From assembly GCF_030068545.1 (NCBI RefSeq), contig NZ_JASJOR010000010.1, forward strand, positions 57,395 to 121,394: 64,000 nucleotides of DNA, in the 5' to 3' direction. Positions 1-9,688 of the stretch are shown piece after piece. Below the pieces are notes generated by a model. It saw only the letters and a program-made list of their open reading frames with translations. It was not told where the DNA came from and made no database searches. Source of the DNA: Xanthocytophaga flava. GTDB taxonomy: Bacteria; Bacteroidota; Bacteroidia; Cytophagales; 172606-1. Position 1 is the first letter of the stretch. Every line of letters starts with the position of its first letter. The position numbers and the translations under genes are program-made.

Positions 1-811
1 TTGCACCAGGTACTTGTGCAGAAAGCTTAGACAGTAAGGCATCCCGCTCAAGTAGTAATTGTTCAGAACGTTTCCACTCTGTAATATCCTGTATTTGGGA
101 AATAAAATGTAACGGGGTCCCTTGTATATCTTTTACAAGGGAAACGTTTAGCAATGCCCAGATTATATTACCATTCTTATGAAAGTATCTTTTCTCAAGC
201 TGATAGCTTTCAATTTCTCCTTTTATTATCTTTTCTACTAATAGAAGATCACCTTCCAGATCTTCTGCATGAGTCAGTTGTTGAAAATCTGTTAGCAGAA
301 ACTCCTCTTCTGTATATCCCAGCAGTTGGCAAAGACTCTTGTTTACACGCATCCACTTCCCTCCCAAGGATACCAGGGCCATTCCTACAGCAGAGTATTC
401 AAAAGCTCCTTTAAACTGCTGTTCGCTAATTTTTAGTTGTGTATTTAATTTTCTTCGTTCTGTTACATCCCGAACGGCAACAGCTATCAATAGATCATTC
501 TCCATCGGCAAAGGACTCAGACTAACTTCTACCAATAGTTCAGATCCATTTTTGTGGCAGGCAGCCAATTCCCCTCCACTTCCCATTTCTCTCAGCCCAG
601 GAGATTTTACATATTCCAATCGATGTAGTTTATGCATGCCCACCATCTCAACAGGCAAAAGTATTTCGATTTCTCTCCCTATCAACTCTTCTTTCGTATA
701 TCCAAACAACCTCTCTACCTGCTTATTAACCAGCATTATCTCTCCTGAAGTAGTAACGACAAGAGTCGCCTCAGGAGCAGATTCAAATAAAATCTTAAAC
801 AGACCTTCCAT
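1..811 (-). CDS. PAS-domain sensor protein (partial; C-terminus lies beyond window start)
   Basis: Translated by hand on the minus strand from the ATG at 811-809: MEGLFKILFESAPEATLVVTTSGEIMLVNKQVERLFGYTKEELIGREIEILLP... There is a second PAS-like block (FKGAFEYSAVGMALVSLGGKWMRVNKSLCQLLGYTEEEF). The frame stays open to position 1, so it is absent from the ORF track. The plus-strand ORFs at 154-854 are antisense to it. Confidence 0.55.
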   Translation of the reverse strand, partial: MEGLFKILFESAPEATLVVTTSGEIMLVNKQVERLFGYTKEELIGREIEILLPVEMVGMHKLHRLEYVKSPGLREMGSGGELAACHKNGSELLVEVSLSPLPMENDLLIAVAVRDVTERRKLNTQLKISEQQFKGAFEYSAVGMALVSLGGKWMRVNKSLCQLLGYTEEEFLLTDFQQLTHAEDLEGDLLLVEKIIKGEIESYQLEKRYFHKNGNIIWALLNVSLVKDIQGTPLHFISQIQDITEWKRSEQLLLERDALLSKLSAQVPGA

Positions 812-1333
812 TTACTTAAATAGTCTATGCAGCATTGTTTACACAGAAGTATAAACAGATGTAGAATTGATCCTTTTTATCGTCAAATAATGACATAGAT
901 AATGGATTATTTCAGTATTTACGATGACCAAAATCATCCAAAACCTGACTATCCATTTTATGCGTTAAAGTCTTTGGTAAGATCTTTTAAATGACTGATA
1001 CTGATAAAAGTACGTTTATTTTACATCATTTAATAATTTATGAGATCGATACCTGACTTTCCTCCTGAATCTGCCTCACCTCCTTATTACCAGATATTTA
1101 TAATTAATAACTTTTGTGCAGCAAGGGTAAATTGTTTTTTTTTCCATTTTCTTATAGTATCAGATAAAAGGATAAGAAAAAATAATTATATCACAAAAAA
1201 TAAACAATTCCATAACACACATAACCATCTAAAAATTAGATATTTACATCATAAACATTCAATAATATACAGTATATTTTATTCATTTTTTTCTTTTACT
1301 TCTCTATCATTTATGATCGTATTAACACAAACC

Positions 1334-2902
1334 ATGCGGGGGCTTGCCATTACACTTCTGGCAGGTCTCATTGTGACCAGCTGCACGCCCGAATTAGCCA
1401 ACGTTCAAATACAACCTCCTGTTGATGACACTAGTATTTCTGCGGCGGCTGTTTCTTTATCACAAGGCTTTGAGGTAGGAACAACTAGTCCCAAAACAGC
1501 TTATGATGTATCGCCAACAGGATCATCCAGTGGTGACAATGTGACATTGCAGAGTAACTCCTGGAATTTGTATGATGCCTTGATTGGTAATCTAAGTGGA
1601 GATTTGAAAAGTGGTTCCTGGTCGGCACGTATTCGCAATACAGGTAAAATAACTATGTTGTTCAATGTAACAACAGGTATCAGTACGGTAAGCATTAAAC
1701 ATGGCACCTATGGAACAGATGCCAGTAGCCAATGGGGACTCTGGTATTCTGTCAATAATGGCAGTACATGGACCCAGACAGGATCTAACATAACCACAAC
1801 GTCAACTTTACAAACCCAAACGTTTACCTTAAATATATCAGGCACCATTCGTTTGGAAATCCGGAAGTTGTCTGGCTCCAGCAACCGTATCAATATTGAC
1901 GACATTATCATCAATGACAATGGTACAGGTGGTGGCACAACAGCCAAGAAGTTCTTGTTTGATGCATCCAAGCGTGAAAATGCAGGTAGTGCAGACTGGC
2001 AGATTGATGCTGATGGTACAGAAAGTGTGCCTATCTATACAGGAGGATCTACTACCGAAACTAAAGCACAACGGTATCCTACTCCTTCGTATACAGGCAT
2101 CACATCCAGTACCAGCGAAACATACTGGAAAGGCGGGATGTCAGCATGGGCAGTAGAATTGGTAAAACGTGGCCATCTGGCAGAAACCTTGCCGAATGGT
2201 GGTGCTATCACCTATGGAGATGCTTCTAACGCTCAGGATCTGAGTAACTATGATGTATTTATGGTTATTGAGCCCAATCGGTTGTTTACATCTTCAGAGA
2301 AAACAGCTCTAATGAACTTTATTGCCAATGGAGGTGGATTGATGATGATTGCAGATCATACTGGTACCAATATATCTGGAGCAGATCCCAATGGATACAA
2401 TCCTTCTGATCGTGATGGAGACGGCTACGACTCTCCTCGTGTATGGAACGATCTGATGACAAACAATGGAATTAATAACAATAACCCCTTTGGTTTTGTT
2501 GTAGATTTAGTAGATATCAGCGAACAACCTACAACAAAGGTATATACAGGAACCAATACAAACGCTCAGGCTGTATTGAATGGATCTGCAGGTTCTGCTA
2601 CTAAGCTAGCCTTTTATAATGGCACAACTGCCACTTTGTATCCTTCCAATAACTCTTCTGTACAAGGTTTGTTCTGGCGTACAAGCAGCACATTAGGAGG
2701 CAATACAGGTATAATGGCCTTGTTGGCTACCTATGGAAATGGACGTATTGTGTTTGTAGGTGACAGTTCCCCTTCGGATGATGGTACAGGTGATACCAAT
2801 GATAATTTGTTTAACGGCTGGTCAGGAGATGTTCCTTCTGGATACACTTCTCATCCTGCCTTACATTTGAATGCATCTCTTTGGTTAGCCAAAGTACAGT
2901 AA
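1334..2902 (+). CDS. secreted lipoprotein of unknown function, with a possible beta-sandwich N-domain and a C-terminal domain rich in DG and NG motifs
   Basis: The ORF track gives 1040..2902. The first 98 codons are AT-rich low-complexity sequence. The likely start is the ATG at 1334 (MRGLAITLLAGLIVTSC, a lipobox-like signal), or alternatively 1313. No confident family assignment. Confidence 0.5.
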   Translation: MRGLAITLLAGLIVTSCTPELANVQIQPPVDDTSISAAAVSLSQGFEVGTTSPKTAYDVSPTGSSSGDNVTLQSNSWNLYDALIGNLSGDLKSGSWSARIRNTGKITMLFNVTTGISTVSIKHGTYGTDASSQWGLWYSVNNGSTWTQTGSNITTTSTLQTQTFTLNISGTIRLEIRKLSGSSNRINIDDIIINDNGTGGGTTAKKFLFDASKRENAGSADWQIDADGTESVPIYTGGSTTETKAQRYPTPSYTGITSSTSETYWKGGMSAWAVELVKRGHLAETLPNGGAITYGDASNAQDLSNYDVFMVIEPNRLFTSSEKTALMNFIANGGGLMMIADHTGTNISGADPNGYNPSDRDGDGYDSPRVWNDLMTNNGINNNNPFGFVVDLVDISEQPTTKVYTGTNTNAQAVLNGSAGSATKLAFYNGTTATLYPSNNSSVQGLFWRTSSTLGGNTGIMALLATYGNGRIVFVGDSSPSDDGTGDTNDNLFNGWSGDVPSGYTSHPALHLNASLWLAKVQ

Positions 2903-3107
2903 AAGTACCTATACCAGTATAGTATTGCCCGAAGAAATCAGCCAACAATAGATTAATGGCAGATTTTCTCGGGCAATTGCTTTAGTATACCACCACCTAT
3001 CAAATCCCAAATACTTAAACCCGAAAGAGATTTTTCTATATTTACATTAGAAAAACCACTTATCGGCTGGACACTACTGTCCATTAAGCACTTTACAAAA
3101 TAATAGT

Positions 3108-3692
3108 ATGCATGAAGCTTTGCGAAAATATGTTGAAGAGTATTCCTCAATGTCCCTAACAGATAAAGAATTTGAGATCGTTCGTCAGGCTTTTACATTT
3201 AAAAAGTTACGCAAGAAACAGTATTTCCTTCAGGAAGGTGATGTAGCTAAACAAATGGCATTTATCCTCAAAGGTGCTATGCGCATGTATATCGTCAATG
3301 ACAAAGGACACGAAACCATTATACAATTTGGTATCGAAAACTGGTGGATAGGCGACAGAGAAAGCTTTTTTATGCTTTCACCCTCCCCTTACAATATAGA
3401 TGCAGTGGAGGATTGTGAATTGCTGGTACTGAACCAGGAACATCATCAGCAACTACTCAATGAAGTTCCGGCATTTGTAAAAATGGTTCGGGTACTGGAC
3501 ACAAAACATCACATAGCCACTCAAAAACGTATTCATGCTTCTATTGGAATGGATGCAGAAGAGAAATACCAGGATTTTGTCACCAACCACTCCGGCTTCC
3601 TGCAGCGATTTCCTCAAAACATGATAGCCTCCTATTTAGGCATTTCCCCGGAAACACTGACCCGAATCCGCAAAAAGTTGCTATATAAATAA
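3108..3692 (+). CDS. Crp/Fnr-family transcriptional regulator (cNMP-binding domain plus HTH)
   Basis: 194 aa. It has a cNMP-binding-like N-terminal region (QYFLQEGDVAKQMAFILKGAMRMY) and a C-terminal HTH. Size and layout are typical of Bacteroidota Crp/Fnr regulators. Confidence 0.75.
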   Translation: MHEALRKYVEEYSSMSLTDKEFEIVRQAFTFKKLRKKQYFLQEGDVAKQMAFILKGAMRMYIVNDKGHETIIQFGIENWWIGDRESFFMLSPSPYNIDAVEDCELLVLNQEHHQQLLNEVPAFVKMVRVLDTKHHIATQKRIHASIGMDAEEKYQDFVTNHSGFLQRFPQNMIASYLGISPETLTRIRKKLLYK

Positions 3693-3708
3693 GTCTTTAT
3701 ATCAAGTT

Positions 3709-3753
3709 CCAATTGATATATATCTAAAAATATAGTTGACATATATCAATTGC
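3709..3753. promoter_or_regulatory. imperfect inverted repeat CAATTGATATATATC-N13-GACATATATCAATTG between the crp-like gene and the pirin gene
   Basis: The arms are 3709-3724 and 3738-3753, matching 13 of 15 positions. The TTGAT...ATCAA core resembles Crp/Fnr-family half-sites. It sits in the 5' region of the pirin gene. Confidence 0.4.
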
Positions 3754-3833
3754 ATTTTCAGACTTTTGTCAAGAGGAAAGAGGTAGCTATTCCCGAATTT
3801 TGCATTGTTCAATCGAGACAAACTATCACTTAT

Positions 3834-4709
3834 ATGAAAAAGAATATTTCTGTTACCTATAATGGTACACAGGCTACCGTTGGCAAGTTGCAAGTCAATC
3901 GAATGTTGCCTAACTATTATGCGAACACAGTGGGTCCGTTCGTATTTCTGGATTATGTATACCCCTACCAGCAAAAACCAGAAACTCCAGAAGCACCCGA
4001 TGGAAAATTTGCCCATCCACACAGGGGAATTGCAACCTTTAGCTATTTATTCAGTGGTGAACTGGAACATTACGATAGTCAGGGAAACTATGGTATTGTC
4101 AGTGCAGGTGGTGCACAATGGATGAATGCGGGTAATGGAATAATCCATGATGAACATCTCAGTCAGGCGTTTCAAAAAAATGGTGGAGTATTACATTCTC
4201 TGCAATTCTGGGTCAACTTACCCGCAAAGAATAAAATTGAAGCTCCAGCTTATCTGGCTGTTCAACCTCAGGATATCCCTGAGATAGAATTGGCAGATGG
4301 TACTGGTAAACTTCGTGTTTTGATTGGTGACTATGAAGGCTATTCATCACCTGTAGTTACATTTACCAAACAGTTTATCTTTCACATTAGGATCAATCCC
4401 AATCAAACATTTCACTTTGAAGCCGAATCTGGTCTGGAATATGCAGCTTTCATTCCTACAACGTCAATTCAGATAGATGGGAATGAGTATGGAAATAGTG
4501 AACTGCTAGTTTTCTCTGAAGAAGGAACTTCATTGGATTTCACAAATACACATAACGAAGTTGTAGATCTGATCTTGTTTGGTGGTGAACGTTATCAGGA
4601 GCCTATTGCAGCCGAAGGACCATTTGTGATGAATAGCCGTTTGGAAGTAGCAGAAGCGTATCGGGACTTCTTTTCTGGAAAATACGGCAAAATAGAATAC
4701 ACCCATTAA
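3834..4709 (+). CDS. pirin-family protein (bicupin)
   Basis: It carries the HPHRGIATFSYLFSGELEHYDSQGN motif typical of pirin. The ORF track start at 3750 is a TTG. The ATG at 3834 (MKKNISVTY) is more plausible. Confidence 0.8.
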   Translation: MKKNISVTYNGTQATVGKLQVNRMLPNYYANTVGPFVFLDYVYPYQQKPETPEAPDGKFAHPHRGIATFSYLFSGELEHYDSQGNYGIVSAGGAQWMNAGNGIIHDEHLSQAFQKNGGVLHSLQFWVNLPAKNKIEAPAYLAVQPQDIPEIELADGTGKLRVLIGDYEGYSSPVVTFTKQFIFHIRINPNQTFHFEAESGLEYAAFIPTTSIQIDGNEYGNSELLVFSEEGTSLDFTNTHNEVVDLILFGGERYQEPIAAEGPFVMNSRLEVAEAYRDFFSGKYGKIEYTH

Positions 4710-4716
4710 TTATACT

Positions 4717-4749
4717 TATATCCCTCCTCTTTTATTCAGGAGGGATATA
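4717..4749 (+). terminator. hairpin downstream of the pirin gene (12-bp stem TATATCCCTCCT/AGGAGGGATATA)
   Basis: A perfect 12-bp stem with a 9-nt T-rich loop. There is no strong trailing U-tract. Confidence 0.45.
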
Positions 4750-4786
4750 GTCATATCATACATATCTATTTTTATTTTTTATCTAT

Positions 4787-5383
4787 ATGAAAATCGGAAT
4801 TATTGGAGCCGGTAATATTGGTCAGGCATTTGCGAAACATGCAGTCACAACTGGCAATGAAGTAGTTATCAGCAACAGCAAAGGAGCTGAATCGCTGACA
4901 GGTATTAGACAACAGATAGGCAAAGGCCTAAGAGCCGGAAGCGTACAGGAAGCAGCCGAAGCAGATATTATCTTGCTGGCAGTACCCTGGGAAAAAGCAG
5001 AACAAGTCATCAAAAGCATATCATCCTGGAAGGGTAAAATTCTGCTGGATGCCACAAATGCTATTTCTTTTCCGGAGTTTAAACCATTGGATCTGGGCAA
5101 TACTACTTCCAGTGAAATAATTGCCAGCCTGATACCTGATGCACATGTAATCAAGGCATTTAATACTTTACCTGCTGCACTTTTAACAGCAAATCCACAG
5201 GAAGGAGCGGGACACAGAGTTATTTTTTATTCAGGTGACAACTCCTCAGTTAAGGCTCAAATCGAAGATCTCCTTACAAAAATGGGTTTTGCAGGCATCG
5301 ATTTAGGTACCCTAGCTGTTGGTGGCAAACTGCAACAATTTGGAGGTCCGTTTACAGCTAAAAACCTGTTAAAACTCTCCTGA
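4787..5383 (+). CDS. NADP oxidoreductase, coenzyme F420-dependent family (NAD(P)-binding Rossmann domain)
   Basis: It begins MKIGIIGAGNIGQAFAKH, a GxGxxG Rossmann motif. Size and layout resemble the F420_oxidored / P5C-reductase-like family. Confidence 0.7.
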   Translation: MKIGIIGAGNIGQAFAKHAVTTGNEVVISNSKGAESLTGIRQQIGKGLRAGSVQEAAEADIILLAVPWEKAEQVIKSISSWKGKILLDATNAISFPEFKPLDLGNTTSSEIIASLIPDAHVIKAFNTLPAALLTANPQEGAGHRVIFYSGDNSSVKAQIEDLLTKMGFAGIDLGTLAVGGKLQQFGGPFTAKNLLKLS

Positions 5384-5404
5384 TTCTTTTTATACCTATT
5401 CTAC

Positions 5405-5445
5405 TCCCATTTTGAGCGTTTTCACATTCAAAATGGGATTTTTTA
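5405..5445 (+). terminator. rho-independent terminator
   Basis: Stem TCCCATTTTGA (5405-5415) pairs with TCAAAATGGGA (5428-5438), followed by TTTTTTA. Confidence 0.65.
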
Positions 5446-5490
5446 TATCTTTCCGCCTGAATATTTTTTTTCTAAAAAAAGTAGCAGGTT

Positions 5491-5892
5491 ATGAATGCAC
5501 ATTTATTTAAAACAACTAACGGACTCTTATTACCCAATGCATTCCGCTGGTTTGTTGGTCAGAATCTGGTCTCTTTTGAACCCTGGCACTTTTGCTCTCA
5601 ACTGGATGAATTTGCATTTGCTACTCAACGATTTCAACTGGAAAATTCTACTAAGAGGGAACTCATCACCATTCTCAGACGTCATGACAGAGATGACTTT
5701 GCAGGATTTGAAATCAAAGACAATCAGATTTGTGAGAATGTCATCTATTATCATCCCTCATTTCATAATACTCAATGGAATATCATCTGTGGTGAGTATA
5801 AAAACCTGTTTGCGTTTGTGCAAAAGGTAGTACTACCAGATATGGAGGAATGGGCTTCTACAGAAGATGCTGAGGAGTACTTTAATGACTGA
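5491..5892 (+). CDS. hypothetical small cytoplasmic protein
   Basis: 133 aa with an ATG start and coding-like composition. It has no signal peptide. A GLLLPNAFRWFVGQN stretch is faintly reminiscent of SMI1/KNR4 (SUKH)-like immunity proteins; this is speculative. Confidence 0.4.
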   Translation: MNAHLFKTTNGLLLPNAFRWFVGQNLVSFEPWHFCSQLDEFAFATQRFQLENSTKRELITILRRHDRDDFAGFEIKDNQICENVIYYHPSFHNTQWNIICGEYKNLFAFVQKVVLPDMEEWASTEDAEEYFND

Positions 5893-5931
5893 ATGTATTT
5901 ATAGAACAGATCTACCGTAAAATAAATCACA

Positions 5932-6348
5932 ATGAGTTTACAGGAATATACACTAAATCAGCCATTAGGAAGATACGAAAAGAACACACTGATATTTGGG
6001 AACCAGGTACGTATTGCATTTGACGAACAGGAAACTGCCCTATTTGATCTGGAAGAATATACACTTCAGATAGAAAACCGTCTGGATTGGGTAAAAGCCA
6101 ACAAGGAACTTCTGGATGCAGAGTTGTTTGCACTTTATCCAGGCTATCTGGAAGATGAAGATGATTGGGAAGAAAATCCAATCTCAGAGCAAGAGTTTGT
6201 CAACAGAATACAGATCCAAGCAATCAATTTCTTTCAGGATTTAAGCTTTCAGATCTTCTACAATGACGGAGATACATTTTGGGGACACAGTATTATTATA
6301 GAAGTAAACGAAAACTGTGACATTGATCAAACAACAATATGGGGTTAA
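5932..6348 (+). CDS. hypothetical small acidic cytoplasmic protein
   Basis: 138 aa, rich in D/E (LEDEDDWEENPISEQEF). No recognisable catalytic motif. Confidence 0.4.
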   Translation: MSLQEYTLNQPLGRYEKNTLIFGNQVRIAFDEQETALFDLEEYTLQIENRLDWVKANKELLDAELFALYPGYLEDEDDWEENPISEQEFVNRIQIQAINFFQDLSFQIFYNDGDTFWGHSIIIEVNENCDIDQTTIWG

Positions 6349-6375
6349 CAACAAACATCTTTAAAGCATGTTTCT

Positions 6376-6753
6376 ATGAAAATTGTTCCAGTGATCAAAT
6401 ACAAAAACATGGAAGAGTCTGTACTCTTTTATACACAAATTCTGGACTTTGAACTGAAATATGCAATCACTCCTCTCACCTTTCCTGTCGTCAATCTGAT
6501 AAAAGAGGGTAGTGAACTACAATTATCAACCTTATCAGGAGACAGTGTATTTGGTATAGCTATCAATATCTATACCCAAAATGTAGATGCCCTCTTCCAG
6601 AAATATAGGGAACGTGGCCTTGATACATCTCAGCATATGAACTCTCCAGTACATCAGAGTCCAGTAGACCAGGATTGGGGTATACGCGAATTTTATGTAA
6701 CTGATCCCAGTGGGAACACATTACGATTTGGCGAATCTATTCTGGAAAAATAA
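6376..6753 (+). CDS. VOC-family protein (glyoxalase / bleomycin-resistance fold)
   Basis: 125 aa. The N-terminus MKIVPVIKYKNMEESVLFYTQILDFELKY is typical of glyoxalase-like VOC proteins. Confidence 0.65.
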   Translation: MKIVPVIKYKNMEESVLFYTQILDFELKYAITPLTFPVVNLIKEGSELQLSTLSGDSVFGIAINIYTQNVDALFQKYRERGLDTSQHMNSPVHQSPVDQDWGIREFYVTDPSGNTLRFGESILEK

Positions 6754-6788
6754 ACAATATCATCTACCCAAAACACTATTGATCAAAT

Positions 6789-7163
6789 ATGTCAAAAAAA
6801 CAAATCATCAAACTACTCCCGCTCATCATTTTAGTACTAACAGCCTTGATTTTAGTAATTACTCTAATCACAACAAATATGGTTTTTCAGAAAGAACATA
6901 TTATAGGATTAGTCCTTCTCTCCATTATCATTGTCATTCAATATATCAAAACTCAAATAGGATATCAGGTGACAGGTATATTGTTATTTCTCGGGATATT
7001 CTCTGTCATCAGTTTTATACCTTCTGTTGTTTATATTCAGCTTGGTTTCCTACATATTGAGCCATTTAACCTGACGATTGCCTGTATCTATACATTTGTT
7101 CACAGACATGAATTACCAGACTGGTTAATGGACCTCTGGTATGGTTCATCTGTAAAGAAATAA
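6789..7163 (+). CDS. hypothetical membrane protein (3-4 TM helices)
   Basis: 124 aa with strongly hydrophobic segments (LLPLIILVLTALILVITLITT; LVLLSIIIVIQYI; GILLFLGIFSVISFIPSVVYI). Confidence 0.4.
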   Translation: MSKKQIIKLLPLIILVLTALILVITLITTNMVFQKEHIIGLVLLSIIIVIQYIKTQIGYQVTGILLFLGIFSVISFIPSVVYIQLGFLHIEPFNLTIACIYTFVHRHELPDWLMDLWYGSSVKK

Positions 7164-7300
7164 GTATTCTGAGTTTCTACAGATAGATATTTAAGTAAAG
7201 AACATATAAAAAACAAATCAAATCCATAAATTACAAACTGATACACAGGCGCAAACCAAGTATACACCTATTGCCAGACTAACCTAACATCAGAGCAATC

Positions 7301-7948
7301 ATGACTGGAACCTATGTTAAAAAAACAAAAGCAGGCAGACGATTTGCTATTGGAGATATTCATGGATGTTTTGACACATTCAGAGCACTGGTAGAAGATC
7401 AGATTGGCCTTACCCAAAGCGATCAGCTATTTTTACTGGGTGATTACATTAACCGGGGACCAAAGCAAACCAAAGTACTTGACTATATTATTCAGTTGCG
7501 TGCCAGTCAATATGAAGTATATCCTCTGCGGGGAAATCATGAACAAATGTTACTGGCAGACCGTTTGGATGAAATTATTCCTCCCTACAGAGACTTTTTC
7601 ATAGAACTTCCTTATTACTACGAAACAGATCTTTTTTACCTTGTTCATGCAGGTCTTAACTTTTTGGCGTCAGATCCATTGGAAGATACCTATTCTATGT
7701 TATGGATGCGACAATCCCCTCTGCCAGATGAAGAATTTCTCAATCAACGTAAAGTAGTTCATGGACATACAATCCATTCTTTGAGTGAAATCTCATTAGC
7801 AATTCAGAATAGAGAACCCATACTTCCTCTGGATAATGGGTGTTATCGTGGATTACGGGAAACTGCTGGTGAATATGGAAATCTCTGTGCTTTGAACCTG
7901 GATAGTTTCGAACTTATTGCCCAAAAAAATGTAGATCGACAAGCATAA
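7301..7948 (+). CDS. metallophosphoesterase / Ser-Thr protein phosphatase family (PrpE/ApaH-like)
   Basis: It carries the GDIHGC...LGDYINRGP...RGNHE signature motifs of calcineurin-like phosphoesterases. Confidence 0.8.
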   Translation: MTGTYVKKTKAGRRFAIGDIHGCFDTFRALVEDQIGLTQSDQLFLLGDYINRGPKQTKVLDYIIQLRASQYEVYPLRGNHEQMLLADRLDEIIPPYRDFFIELPYYYETDLFYLVHAGLNFLASDPLEDTYSMLWMRQSPLPDEEFLNQRKVVHGHTIHSLSEISLAIQNREPILPLDNGCYRGLRETAGEYGNLCALNLDSFELIAQKNVDRQA

Positions 7949-8051
7949 CAACTCTTCCTTCTTTCTCAATTCACAGTCTATTCGACCAGATTCACAGTAG
8001 CACTGATTTATAAAAGAAAAAAGCCGATTTTTGATAGAGAAATCAAACGGC

Positions 8052-9686
8052 ATGAAAAACCTCCTTCTATTCCTGTTTTTTGTAGTGTGTCTAATCACAC
8101 CAACCTATGCACAGATTCCCTGGGGAGAGTACTCTCAGAGTTACAATGAAGGCATTTATGAAGATCCCTCTAAAGTAGATCTCATTCTGGCTATTCGCAA
8201 AGAGAATAACTCTTTCTGGGTTACACACGAAACCAGCAAGCACTTTACACTCTTATCAAAAGATTCTGCTTTTCTGAAGGATCGGCCTTTGGCTAAAGTT
8301 ATAGCGCGCACCACTTTTGATACAGCTCAAGCACACTTTTTCCTTCATGGGGTGACACCTGCCAATGCTCACAACTATCAGTACCGACTGAGTGAATATC
8401 CTGGCAATCGCATTCTGCTACCATGGAAACCAATCAGCGAATTTACAGATTCTGTACTGATTAAAGAATCAACTCTTCCTAAAATGGCTTATCTGGGTGG
8501 TTACAAAACACAACTGGGTAAGACACTCATTATAGATGTTCGTCAGGAGAATACGCATCACATTGTCGCAACCAGCCTTATCTCCTGGGAATCTATTCGT
8601 CCGCAAATAGCAGAAGTCTATACGTCTGCCAACTTCGATATCTTTTTACGAAAACTGCAATATCCATGGATGAGCAAAGCGACTGACACCTCTCTATCTT
8701 TATCGGACAAAATTGTCTTACCTTATAAAAATGCTAACCTGATCTTAGTGCTACAAGCTAATATTTACGACAAGAGTCAGATACAATATGAAGTTATTCG
8801 GGATGGATCAGTATTTACTCCCTGGCAAGTAAATGGGTATGATAACAGTTTTGTATGGATCAAAGATTATCCCCCAGGTATGTATCAGATCCATATACGT
8901 TATACGGCACAGCCTGAACATACTACTTCCTATCAATTCGAAGTAACTCCGGTATGGTATCAATCTACGTGGTTTCGGGTTTGCGTTGGGATATTTAGTT
9001 TTGCTTTTTGGGGAGCGGTTGCATCTTTGGTTCTTTATTTCAGACAAAAGCAAAGAATACAACAGGAATTATCAAACAAAACAAAGGTACAATTGGAACT
9101 GAAAGCAATCTATGCACAGCTAAATCCGCATTTTGTCTTTAATGCACTGGGTTCTATACAGGGGCTTATCAATAAGCAAGATGTACAAGGTGCCAACGAG
9201 TATCTGTCTGACTTTGCAAGGCTTTTACGTGAATCGCTTCAAAATAGCAACAAAGACACCATTTCTCTATATGAAGAAGTGCAGATGCTGGAAACTTATC
9301 TGAAACTGGAAAAACTCCGGTTTGGTTTTTCCTATCAGATTAACGTTCAAAAAGAGATCAACCTATATGAGACCAGCATTCCTTCGCTTTTATTACAACC
9401 TCTGGTAGAAAATGCTGTCAAACATGGTGTGTCATCGCTTTATGCACAAGGTATTATTGAGATAGATGTCAGCAAACAGGATGATTCAATGGTTATTATG
9501 CTTCAAGACAATGGAAAAGGTTTTGTTCCGGAACAATCACCTACAGGTTACGGACTAAAACTTACCAAGGAAAGAATTTCACTTTTAAACAAGCTGAATA
9601 AGGAGCAACCTATCGACCTTTCCATTCATGCAAATACAGGAACAGGTACTTCTATTACTCTTACATTTTACCAGTGGTTTTTATAA
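8052..9686 (+). CDS. sensor histidine kinase, LytS/YehU-type (His_kinase + HATPase_c) with a periplasmic sensor domain
   Basis: A signal peptide and periplasmic domain are followed by a TM segment and LELKAIYAQLNPHFVFNALGSIQ (the PF06580-like H-box of LytTR-partner kinases). The C-terminal region is ATPase-like. An alternative upstream start lies at 8031. Confidence 0.8.
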   Translation: MKNLLLFLFFVVCLITPTYAQIPWGEYSQSYNEGIYEDPSKVDLILAIRKENNSFWVTHETSKHFTLLSKDSAFLKDRPLAKVIARTTFDTAQAHFFLHGVTPANAHNYQYRLSEYPGNRILLPWKPISEFTDSVLIKESTLPKMAYLGGYKTQLGKTLIIDVRQENTHHIVATSLISWESIRPQIAEVYTSANFDIFLRKLQYPWMSKATDTSLSLSDKIVLPYKNANLILVLQANIYDKSQIQYEVIRDGSVFTPWQVNGYDNSFVWIKDYPPGMYQIHIRYTAQPEHTTSYQFEVTPVWYQSTWFRVCVGIFSFAFWGAVASLVLYFRQKQRIQQELSNKTKVQLELKAIYAQLNPHFVFNALGSIQGLINKQDVQGANEYLSDFARLLRESLQNSNKDTISLYEEVQMLETYLKLEKLRFGFSYQINVQKEINLYETSIPSLLLQPLVENAVKHGVSSLYAQGIIEIDVSKQDDSMVIMLQDNGKGFVPEQSPTGYGLKLTKERISLLNKLNKEQPIDLSIHANTGTGTSITLTFYQWFL

Positions 9687-9688
9687 CT

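Noticed and set aside
154-854. Plus-strand ORFs 154-414 and 339-854 from the track
   Set aside because: They are low-complexity and antisense to a well-formed PAS-domain CDS on the minus strand (1-811). They are treated as spurious shadow ORFs.
1040-1333. 98-codon N-terminal extension of the 1040-2902 ORF
   Set aside because: It is extremely AT-rich low-complexity sequence (IFIINNFCAARVNCFFFHFLIVSDKRIRKNNYITKNKQFHN). A lipoprotein-type signal begins at the internal ATG 1334, so the upstream part is most likely promoter or 5'UTR.
1501-2156. Several 68-87-aa ORFs on both strands inside the lipoprotein gene
   Set aside because: They overlap a long coherent CDS and have no motifs, so they are frame shadows.
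3750-3833. ORF-track start of the pirin gene at 3750
   Set aside because: Position 3750 is a TTG codon lying inside the inverted-repeat operator. The ATG at 3834 gives a typical pirin N-terminus.
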